A DNA stretch of 32,000 nt from an uncultured Pseudomonadota bacterium (GCA_903861005.1 CAIOSP010000091.1:2437-34436); one strand, 5' to 3'; numbered from the stretch's first letter, positions 25,413 through 32,000 are shown. Notes: generated by a model from the sequence alone, not told the origin. Translations and numbers: made by a program.

Positions 25413-26540
25413 CTACGGCGGGACATCGCAGCGATCGAGGATCCGCAGGTCGTCGAAGCGGTGGTAGTTCGACGCCCAGCCGGTGCTGCCCGACACGCCG
25501 ATGTAGCCGCCGTCGAACGAGAAGCCGGGGATGTTGCGCTGGATGATCACGGTGTTGTTCATGGTGACCGTCACCTGCGTGCCCTGCGCCTCCACCACGA
25601 TGTCGCGCCACTGCAGGTCCTCCAGCGTGGGCACGGACGCCGCCAGACCCTGCGGGTGGATCTCCGGGTGGCCGTCGAAGGTGATCTCGACGTGGTTGCC
25701 GGAGAACGGGTCCGAGAACTCGCCGTTGTACCAGGTGTCGAACTCGACGTGGAACGCGTCCACCGTGAGGGTGGAGCCGGAGATGCACGCTGCCGAGATG
25801 CCGTAGCCCAAGCAGCCGCCGTTCGCGGCGCTGTTGACGTACGCGGTCAGCGCGGGGACGTCGGGCACGTTCACCACGTTGACGGTGTAGCCGTCCGCGC
25901 CGCTGTTGATGCCGCCGCCGGTGGCGATGCGGAACTCCAGGCGGAAGTCGCCTGGGTCCACCTTGCGGTCGACCTTGTACAGCGAGCCGGCGCGTGACTG
26001 GTAGTTGCCCGTGACCTCAAGCCAGCCGCCCGGGTCCCAACCGGCGTCGCCGTACGCGCGCCAGCCGGCGGGCAGCCCCGTGTCGAAGTGCTCGGTGGGC
26101 TCGAACGAACACACGTCGAGCAGGATGTCGGCGCTGTGCGCCTCGCCCGTGGGTGCGGTGACGGTCAGGGTGAGCTTGTGGTGGCCCGCGGCGAGCACCG
26201 ACGGGTTCCACTCAAACGTGCCGTCGTCCGCGATCGTCATGGTGCCGACGTCGCCGTCGCGGCTGCTCGTCCAGGTGGCGATGTAGTCCGCGCCGATCCA
26301 CGCGTCGGACGTGACGCGACCCTTCACCAGCCCGGTCGTGTCACCCACGACCATCTCCAGCGGCTGGTCGACGATCTTCACCGTGAAGGTGTTCTCCACC
26401 GAGGTGTCGGCCACGTCGGTGTGCGGGTCGGTGTCGACCTGCGAGGCGTCGGTGTCGACCGGCGCGCTGGTGTCGCCGTCGACCGAGGGGAGCTTGGAGC
26501 ATGAGCCCAGCAGGAGCAGGGCTGGGAGGACGCGCCGCAT
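25413..26540 (-). CDS. Lipoprotein with L-type (legume-like / ConA-fold) lectin domain
   Basis: ATG 26540 gives MRRVLPALLLLGSC (lipobox), followed by a DGDTSAPVDTDASQVDTDPHTDVADTS linker and a beta-rich N-domain. Next come FHVEFDTWYNGEFSDPFSGNHVEITFDG and GYIGVSGSTG. These parallel the legume-lectin blocks VEFDTxxNxxxxDPxxxHIGID and GFSAsTG. Confidence 0.8.
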   Translation of the reverse strand: MRRVLPALLLLGSCSKLPSVDGDTSAPVDTDASQVDTDPHTDVADTSVENTFTVKIVDQPLEMVVGDTTGLVKGRVTSDAWIGADYIATWTSSRDGDVGTMTIADDGTFEWNPSVLAAGHHKLTLTVTAPTGEAHSADILLDVCSFEPTEHFDTGLPAGWRAYGDAGWDPGGWLEVTGNYQSRAGSLYKVDRKVDPGDFRLEFRIATGGGINSGADGYTVNVVNVPDVPALTAYVNSAANGGCLGYGISAACISGSTLTVDAFHVEFDTWYNGEFSDPFSGNHVEITFDGHPEIHPQGLAASVPTLEDLQWRDIVVEAQGTQVTVTMNNTVIIQRNIPGFSFDGGYIGVSGSTGWASNYHRFDDLRILDRCDVPP

Positions 26541-26599
26541 CGAACCTTCCAAGTCAGCACTCTATCGCAGCGCACGCAGAGTGCGCGACCCAATCCAGT

Positions 26600-27628
26600 T
26601 CAGACCGTCTCTTCTGGGCTCTGCAGGGCGAGCTGGCCGCACGCGCCGTGCGCGCCCCGTCCGCGGGGCCAGCGGATCCACGCCGGAACGCCGCGATCGC
26701 GAAGGCCCTGGTGTACCGCCCACACTTCGTCGCTGGTGGGGGTTCGGAATTCGGCCCCGGCGAAGGGGTTGAACGGGATGAGGTTCACCACCGCGTACAG
26801 GCCGTCGACGAAGGCCGCGACCCCGTCGAGCTCTTCGTCGGTGTCGTTCACGCCGGGCAGCACCACGTACTCCAGCATGAGGTAGCGGCTGCCGGGGAGC
26901 GGGTGGTCGAGCAGCGCTGCGCGAATGTCGGCGAGCGGCGTGGCGCGAGCGGTCGGGATGATGCGAAGGCGCGTGGCGTCGGTGCCCGCGTGCAGGCTCA
27001 GCGCCAGCCCGACGCGGCCCCCGAAGTCCTCGGAGAAGCGGCGCATCTTGGGCACCAGCCCCACGGTCGACACCATGATCGACTTGGACCCGAAGCCCGC
27101 GCCCAGGCGGTCGAGGAGCACGTGCAGCGCGTCGCGGGTGGCGTCGTAGTGGTGGAGCGGCTCCCCCATGCCCATGAACACCAAGCGGCCGACCGCACGC
27201 CCTTGCGCCGTAGCGTGGTCGCGCGCGGCGTGGATCTGCGCGAGGATCTCGCCCGCGGTGAGCGAGCGCTTGAGGCCGAGCGTGCCAGTGGCGCAGAACG
27301 AGCAGGCCATCGCGCAGCCGACCTGCGTCGACACGCACAGCGTGGTGCGGTCGAGCTTCATCGGAACCAGGACCGACTCGATCCGCGCGCCGTCGGCCAA
27401 CGTGAACACCAGCTTCTCGGTGCCGTCGTCCGTGCGGTGCGACTCGGTCAGCTCGGCGGTCGCCAGCACGGCCTTGCCTTCCAGCCCTGTGAGGTCCGGG
27501 GTGAGGTCGGTGACGCCGCGCGAGCGGTGGAGCACGCGGAACAGCTGCGCGGCGCGCGCCGGACGCACGCCGACCGCAACCAGCTCGCGGACGAGCGCTT
27601 CACGTGGGGTGCCGAGGAGGTCGATCAT
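26600..27628 (-). CDS. rlmN: 23S rRNA/tRNA (adenine-C2)-methyltransferase RlmN (radical SAM)
   Basis: The radical-SAM cluster is CAMACSFCATG (CxxxCxxC). It also has FMGMGEPL and a C-terminal GACGQL (conserved Cys). The start is ATG 27628 (MIDLLGTPREALV...). Confidence 0.9.
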   Translation of the reverse strand: MIDLLGTPREALVRELVAVGVRPARAAQLFRVLHRSRGVTDLTPDLTGLEGKAVLATAELTESHRTDDGTEKLVFTLADGARIESVLVPMKLDRTTLCVSTQVGCAMACSFCATGTLGLKRSLTAGEILAQIHAARDHATAQGRAVGRLVFMGMGEPLHHYDATRDALHVLLDRLGAGFGSKSIMVSTVGLVPKMRRFSEDFGGRVGLALSLHAGTDATRLRIIPTARATPLADIRAALLDHPLPGSRYLMLEYVVLPGVNDTDEELDGVAAFVDGLYAVVNLIPFNPFAGAEFRTPTSDEVWAVHQGLRDRGVPAWIRWPRGRGAHGACGQLALQSPEETV

Positions 27629-27732
27629 CGCGGCGGTCCGGTCCAGGGGCGCCGATCTACGCCAAGGCACGGCGGATGTCGACCTGACCGCACGGGCAGG
27701 GCGCATTAGGGGGCCGCACGCCGAGGTGAGCG

Positions 27733-28767
27733 ATGCCCCAGTCCACGCAGCCCGCAACCGGAAATGGGAGCGCACGCGCGCCGCTGCAGATGCTGGCCTG
27801 CGCGCCGGCTGAGTCGCTCGCCAAGCGCGTCGCGTCTCACATGAACCTGGATCTGGTCCCGGCCAAGGAGACCTGGTTCGCCTGCGGCGAGGGCAAGTTC
27901 GAGATCGGCGCGAACGTGCGCGGGTCGGACCTCTACATCTTTCAGAACGTGATCGCGCCGGGCGACGCGCGCAGCACCTACGATCGCTTCGTCATGCTGC
28001 TGCACGCGGTCGAGGCGGCCTCGCTCGCGGACGCCCAGTACGTCACCGCCGTGGTGCCGTACTTCCCAGGCGCGCGCCAGGACAAGCGCAAGGATCGCGT
28101 CCGCGAGGGCATCTCGGCCGGCCTGTTCGCGCGCTGCTTGCAGGACGCAGGCGCCAAGCGTGTGATCGCGCTGGAGATCCACAACGAGGCGATCGGGGGC
28201 ATGTTCAATCCGGCGCAGTGCCGCCTGGAGAACCTCTACCTGTACGGGTCGATCGCGCCGTGGCTCAAGCGCCGCGGGCTGGCGGGCGACGTCGTCGCCT
28301 CGCCGGACGTCGGCGGCGCCGAGCGCGCGCGCCACTACGCCGAGACGCTCTCGTCCCGCCTGGCCGTGCTCTCCAAGGTGCGCGACTACAGCACCGCCAA
28401 CCGCGTCGTGAACAGCACGCTGATCGGCGAAGTGAACGGCAGCGACGTGTTGCTCGTCGACGACATCGTCGACACCGCGGGCAGCGTGGTCGCCGCGGTC
28501 GAGGAGCTCAAGTCGCACGGCGCCAAGGACATCACGGTGGCGTGCGCGCACCCGGTGATGAGCGCGCCCGCGTGGGAGCGCCTGGGCAAGCTGTCGGCGC
28601 GCGCCGCGGCCGAGGGCTGGAAGTTCAACGTCGTCGGCACGTCGTCGATCGAGCACCCGGACGCGCCGGCGTACTACCACAGCTTTGACGCCGCTGAGCT
28701 GCTGTCGCGCGTCATCCGCGGCGTGAACACCCGCGGGTCGGTCACCCGCGCCCAGCACGACCGCTGA
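27733..28767 (+). CDS. prs: Ribose-phosphate pyrophosphokinase (PRPP synthetase) family protein
   Basis: The PRPP-binding loop is VLLVDDIVDTAGSV, with YFPGARQDKR and an overall Prs-like layout. ATG 27733 follows GAGGTGAG. It is somewhat divergent from class I Prs (EIHNEAIGGMFN instead of DLHAxQIQGFF). Confidence 0.8.
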   Translation: MPQSTQPATGNGSARAPLQMLACAPAESLAKRVASHMNLDLVPAKETWFACGEGKFEIGANVRGSDLYIFQNVIAPGDARSTYDRFVMLLHAVEAASLADAQYVTAVVPYFPGARQDKRKDRVREGISAGLFARCLQDAGAKRVIALEIHNEAIGGMFNPAQCRLENLYLYGSIAPWLKRRGLAGDVVASPDVGGAERARHYAETLSSRLAVLSKVRDYSTANRVVNSTLIGEVNGSDVLLVDDIVDTAGSVVAAVEELKSHGAKDITVACAHPVMSAPAWERLGKLSARAAAEGWKFNVVGTSSIEHPDAPAYYHSFDAAELLSRVIRGVNTRGSVTRAQHDR

Positions 28768-28770
28768 CGG

Positions 28771-29541
28771 TCAGGGCGTGAGGGCCTCGCCGTTGCGAGC
28801 CGCCACGGCGTCCAGGTCAAAGCCGCCCGTGTTGCCCACGTAGCCCAGCCCGTTCAGATCATTGTGGCCGGTGTCGCGGACGCGCACGTAGCGCGCGTGC
28901 GCCAGGCCCAGGTCCGAAAGGTCGAACGCGTCGCCGCCCGCCGCCGCAGGGTCGAGCGGATCGACGCCGTTGGTGCGGCTGCTGAGCACCGCGTGCACTC
29001 CGGCGCAGCCCGGGTACCCGCCCGCGGCGTCCGCCGGGTCGCAGGGGAAGGTGAACCAGGTGGTGCCGTCGTCGCTGACCGACACCTCACCCGTCTCGAT
29101 CCAGCCGGGGAAGGCGTTCTCGAAGACGAGCAGGTCCGGGCCTTCGCCATCGACGAGCGCGATGTCGTCGAACGCGAGGACGATCTCGCCTTGCTTGCCC
29201 AGGCTCAGCACGTCCAGGGAGCCCCCGCTCGGGCCGCGACCGTTGGGCGCGCCCAGCACGATGTTGGGCAGCTTGTCCTGCCCAAAGCCGGCGAACTCGC
29301 CCGCCGTGAACGACACGATGCGGTCCGCGAACGCGTCAGGGCCCGCGTCGGTGTCCTGCGGCGCGCCAGTGCCCGTGTCGGTGTCGAATCCCAGCTCGGT
29401 GTCCGCCGTGCCCGAGGTGGTGACGTCCGTGTCTGCGGCCGCGTCCGTGTCGTCGCGTTGCACGCCGTACTTGGCGCCGTTCGAGCACCCACACGCGAAC
29501 AAAATGCCCATCCAAGCGACACGCACGGCCCACCCCAGCAC
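28771..29541 (-). CDS. Hypothetical surface lipoprotein (conserved VFEN...GGDxFDL...GFDLDAV module)
   Basis: GTG 29541 (or GTG 29526) gives ...RVAWMGILFAC (lipobox), followed by the linker DDTDAAADTDVTTSGTADTELGFDTDTGTGAPQDTDAG. The globular part contains LGAPNG, DLLVFENAF, VSVSDDGTTW, AAGGDAFDLSDLG and GGFDLDAV. I cannot name the family. Confidence 0.6.
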   Translation of the reverse strand: MLGWAVRVAWMGILFACGCSNGAKYGVQRDDTDAAADTDVTTSGTADTELGFDTDTGTGAPQDTDAGPDAFADRIVSFTAGEFAGFGQDKLPNIVLGAPNGRGPSGGSLDVLSLGKQGEIVLAFDDIALVDGEGPDLLVFENAFPGWIETGEVSVSDDGTTWFTFPCDPADAAGGYPGCAGVHAVLSSRTNGVDPLDPAAAGGDAFDLSDLGLAHARYVRVRDTGHNDLNGLGYVGNTGGFDLDAVAARNGEALTP

Positions 29542-29611
29542 CGCAGGTTACCGCGCCACGCCGACGATCGCGAGCCCGCGTGACGTCGTCCCCGCGACCT
29601 GATGGTCGTGG

Positions 29612-30700
29612 ATGCCGGAGCCCCGCACCATGTCCGAGCCGGCCACCCCGCAGCCCTGGAGCGGCCCCATCGTCGCCGGCACGCTGTTGGCGGTGGGCGC
29701 CGCGGTGAGCTTTGGCGTGACCCCGCCGATCCTCCAGCGGTTGGGTGGGGGCGTGGGCAGCTTTGGGGTGGCGGCGCTGCTCTACGCGGGCGCGGCGGCC
29801 TTGGCGGCGGTCACGCGGGGTGCCGACCGCGAGGCGAGCGTCACGCGCGCAGATCTGCCTCGGGTGGCGCTGCTCGCGTTGTTCGGCGCGTTCGCAGCAC
29901 CGGTGCTCCTGGCGGTCGGCCTCAAGCACAGCTCGGGCGCGTCGGCCTCGCTGATGCTCAACCTGGAGTCGGTGCTGACGGTGGCCTTGGGCTGGGCCGT
30001 CCACAAGGAGGGCGTCGGCGCGCGGGTGTGGGCGGCCTCGGGGATCATCGCGCTGGGCGGCGCGCTGCTGGCGCTCGACCGAGGGACAGCGGGCCTGGCG
30101 GTAGACGTCGGCCTGATCGCGGTGGTCGGCGCGACTTTCTTCTGGGCGCTCGACAACACGCTCTCCCGGCCGCTCGCGCAGCGGGATCCGGCGTCGGTGG
30201 TCGTGGCCAAGGGCTCGCTCGGGGCGCTGGCGTCGGGGCTGGTCGCGGTCGCGGTGGGTGAGTCACTCCCCGCCGTGGGCCCTGCCGCGGGCATCTTGCT
30301 GTGTGGGGCGCTGGGGTATGGCGGGAGCCTGCGCCTGTACCTGCTCGCGCAGCGAACGCTGGGCTCGGCCCGCACTGGGTCCGTGTTCGCGGTCGCGCCG
30401 TTCGTCGGCGCGCTGACCGCGGTCGCGCTCGGCGATCCGCTCGGCGGCGTCCTGACCGTCGCGGGCGGGCTCTGCATGGCGTTCGGCGTGGTCCTGCACC
30501 TCACTGAGTCGCACGACCACGAGCACACCCACGACGCCCTGACGCACGCCCACGCGCACCGGCACGACGATGGCCACCACGACGACCACACCCACGAGGG
30601 CTTGGCCCCTGGCGTCGTCCACACGCACGCGCACACGCACCTGCCGCGCACCCACGCCCACGCGCACGGGGAGGACCTGCACCACCAGCACCACGGCTGA
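29612..30700 (+). CDS. EamA/DMT-family transporter with histidine-rich C-terminal tail
   Basis: About 10 hydrophobic helices in two EamA-like halves (…FGAFAAPVLLAVGLKHSSGASASLMLNLESVLTVALGW… / …LLAQRTLGSARTGSVFAVAPFVGALTAV…). ATG 29612, with ATG 29630 as an alternative. Confidence 0.85.
   Translation: MPEPRTMSEPATPQPWSGPIVAGTLLAVGAAVSFGVTPPILQRLGGGVGSFGVAALLYAGAAALAAVTRGADREASVTRADLPRVALLALFGAFAAPVLLAVGLKHSSGASASLMLNLESVLTVALGWAVHKEGVGARVWAASGIIALGGALLALDRGTAGLAVDVGLIAVVGATFFWALDNTLSRPLAQRDPASVVVAKGSLGALASGLVAVAVGESLPAVGPAAGILLCGALGYGGSLRLYLLAQRTLGSARTGSVFAVAPFVGALTAVALGDPLGGVLTVAGGLCMAFGVVLHLTESHDHEHTHDALTHAHAHRHDDGHHDDHTHEGLAPGVVHTHAHTHLPRTHAHAHGEDLHHQHHG
30506..30697 (+). other. His-rich tail of the EamA transporter (23 His in the last 64 residues)
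   Basis: ESHDHEHTHDALTHAHAHRHDDGHHDDHTHEGLAPGVVHTHAHTHLPRTHAHAHGEDLHHQHHG, counted directly from the translation. Confidence 0.9.
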
Positions 30701-30713
30701 GCCGCTGCGCCTG

Positions 30714-31180
30714 ATGCACGACGCCCTGGTGAAGATGATCGTGCCGGGCGTCCCGATGCTGTACCCGGTGGTGTGGGGCATCACCTACCTGCCGGTGACG
30801 CAGCATCTCCGCCTGCTTCAGCTGGAGCGCCAGCTGCAGATCCTCAAGCGCGCGGGCGTGCCCATCCTGCTGGGTACGGACTCGGCGAACTGGCCGATGT
30901 TCCCTTGGGTCTTTCACGGGCCGACGGCCGTCCACGAGCTCGAGCGGATGGTCGACGCGGGCCTCCGCCGTTGGACGCGATCGTCGCCGCCACCGCCACG
31001 CCCGCGCGAATGCTGGGCCTGGAGCAGGAGCTCGGCGAGGTCGAGGTCGGTTTCGACGCCGACCTGATCGTGCTCGACGCCGACCCGCTGGTCGACATCC
31101 GCGCCTTCCGAACGCCCCGCCTCATCGTGCAGGACGGGGTGGCGAAGACGTCGGCAGAGTGGATGTCCTCGGCGCCCTGA
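30714..31180 (+). pseudogene. Amidohydrolase-family gene remnant (5'-truncated, one frameshift)
   Basis: Frame 3 reads ...KRAGVPILLGTDSANW...HGPTAVHELERMVDAGL and then goes out of frame. Frame 2 continues PLDAIVAATATPARMLGLEQELGEVEVGFDADLIVLDADPLVDIRAFRTPRLIVQDG, a typical amidohydrolase C-terminus. Only 2 nt (30966-30967) lie between the two segments where a codon is expected, which implies a 1-nt deletion. Only about 155 codons remain, immediately after the EamA stop. Confidence 0.55.
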
Positions 31181-31209
31181 GCGCGCACACGTCGCGCGGG
31201 AAGCGCGGA

Positions 31210-31587
31210 CTACTGCGGCGACATCTCGTAGGTGCAGCCGTTGGTGCAGCCGCCGGTGACGACGTCATCCGCCACCGTGCCCGTGCAGTCCTTCCAGCCG
31301 GCGCCGGTGAAGGTGATCGTGTCGTCCGCGACCTTGCCGCCCTTGGGCACGTCCATGCTCATGTTCCAGTCGGAGAACGTGAACGCGCAGCCCGTGTCGT
31401 CGAGCGTGAGCGTGCCGCTCATGGTCATGCCGAAGCAGTTGCCGGTCATCACCCACACGCCCTCGGGCAAGGTGGTGCATGTGAGGACGACGTCCGTGTC
31501 CGCGACGTCCGTGTCGTCGGTGGAGGAGCCGGAGGTGCCGCAGGCGCTGAGGGCGAAAGCGAGGGCGAAGGGAACGAGCGCGCGCAT
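31210..31587 (-). CDS. Small Met/Trp/Cys-rich lipoprotein (candidate periplasmic metal-binding protein)
   Basis: ATG 31587 follows GGAGA and gives MRALVPFALAFALSAC (lipobox), followed by a TDDTDVADTD linker. The mature part has 6 further Cys and the MxM motifs GMTMSG and DWNMSMD. Confidence 0.6.
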   Translation of the reverse strand: MRALVPFALAFALSACGTSGSSTDDTDVADTDVVLTCTTLPEGVWVMTGNCFGMTMSGTLTLDDTGCAFTFSDWNMSMDVPKGGKVADDTITFTGAGWKDCTGTVADDVVTGGCTNGCTYEMSPQ

Positions 31588-31598
31588 GAGGTCTCCGA

Positions 31599-31649
31599 TT
31601 GCGACATGGTGTCGCAGCCTTCGGATAACCTGTGGTTTCAGGCCTATCC
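31599..31649. promoter_or_regulatory. Dyad symmetries and long-spacer promoter-like element in the divergent intergenic region
   Basis: TGCGACA-tgg-TGTCGCA is a perfect 7+3+7 palindrome at 31600-31616. TTGCGA (31599-31604) is followed by a 19-nt spacer and GATAAC (31624-31629). A second imperfect dyad is GGATAaCCTG...CAGGccTATCC (31623-31649). Confidence 0.3.
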
Positions 31650-31678
31650 ATTGCATGGCTGAACCTCCGGGGGACCCC

Positions 31679-32000
31679 ATGTCAACGCCATCGCCGCTGC
31701 CCGTCGCCGCTCAGACCGTGGTCGACCCCGTGTGCGGGATGACCGTCGATCCGCTCAAGTCGGCGCATCACGCGGAGCATCTGGGCGTGACCTACCACTT
31801 CTGCAATCCGCGGTGTCTGGTCAAGTTCCAGGCCGAACCAGGCAAGTACGTGACGCCCGCACCCGGCGCGGCGCCCGCGCCGCCGCCGCCGCCGGCACCC
31901 GCGGCTGCGCCCGCGCCGCAACCCGCGCTTCTGCCCGGCGCCGCCGCCTCGGACACGCGGGAGTACACGTGCCCCATGCACCCGGCCGTGCGGCAGGTGG
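31679..32000 (+). CDS. Heavy-metal-binding N-terminus (YHS/TRASH domain + YTCPMHP motif), probably of a Cu/heavy-metal P-type ATPase (3' partial)
   Basis: This frame is not in the ORF track because it runs off the window. ATG 31679 gives MSTPSPLPVAAQTVVDPVCGMTVDPLKSAHHAEHLGVTYHFCNPRCLVKFQAEPGKYV (YHS/TRASH pattern). A Pro/Ala linker follows, then REYTCPMHPAVRQV (the YTCPMHPE[IV] heavy-metal motif). Confidence 0.7.
   Translation, partial: MSTPSPLPVAAQTVVDPVCGMTVDPLKSAHHAEHLGVTYHFCNPRCLVKFQAEPGKYVTPAPGAAPAPPPPPAPAAAPAPQPALLPGAAASDTREYTCPMHPAVRQV

Noticed and set aside
26570-26586. Small hairpin GCGCAC-gcaga-GTGCGC between rlmN and the lectin gene.
   Set aside because: It has only a 6-bp stem and no U-tract on the transcribed (minus) strand. 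That is insufficient to call a terminator or attenuator.
30570-30713. Thr/Arg-rich frame-3 ORF start (MATTTTTPTRAW...) overlapping the EamA His-tail coding region.
   Set aside because: It is the out-of-frame reading of the CAC/GAC-rich His-tail DNA. It has no homology until the amidohydrolase-like segment begins after the EamA stop.
31682-31981. 99-aa and 61-aa minus-strand ORFs at the window end.
   Set aside because: They are antisense to the YHS/YTCPMHP frame, which has specific metal-binding motifs, and are Arg/Gly-rich.
1-32000. Search for mobile elements, CRISPR arrays, tRNA/rRNA genes and defence-system hallmarks (nucleases, helicases, integrases).
   Set aside because: I could not recognise any direct-repeat/spacer arrays, tRNA T-loop (GGTTCGAATCC-like) signatures, transposase or integrase motifs, or terminal inverted repeats. 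Absence by eye is not proof; tRNAscan, Infernal or ISfinder would be decisive.

Overview
This is a very GC-rich bacterial chromosomal segment; third codon positions are almost all G/C. The gene content suggests Myxococcota, but that is inference only: a DUF1592-family/DUF1552 pair, many lipoproteins with Asp/Thr-rich linkers after the lipobox, and a giant repeat protein. I call about 27 protein-coding genes and one decayed gene. By eye I find no rRNA, tRNA, CRISPR array, transposase or integrase. Housekeeping genes are HU, type-II NADH dehydrogenase, HtpX, an M61 peptidase, RlmN and PRPP synthetase. There are five accessory highlights. (1) A 2058-aa lipoprotein (19106-25282) consists of 19 tandem ~92-aa modules arranged as six 3-module super-repeats and ends in a fibrinogen-like YCDxxxxGGGW domain. 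It lies tail-to-tail with an L-type (legume-like) lectin lipoprotein and near a third uncharacterised surface lipoprotein. (2) A same-strand cluster encodes a porin, an SDR, an APH-like kinase and a plant-type DUF538 protein. (3) An MBOAT acyltransferase is translationally coupled to a membrane-anchored DltD/SGNH-like partner. (4) Two paralogous GT-C-like polytopic membrane proteins flank htpX. (5) A probable metal-handling corner holds an EamA transporter with a 23-His tail, a Met/Trp/Cys-rich small lipoprotein and the YHS + YTCPMHP N-terminus of a heavy-metal ATPase, next to a truncated and frameshifted amidohydrolase relic. Many long ORFs in the supplied track are antisense or out-of-frame shadows typical of high-GC DNA and were rejected. 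All functional calls rest on motifs I recognise by eye. No database search was run.
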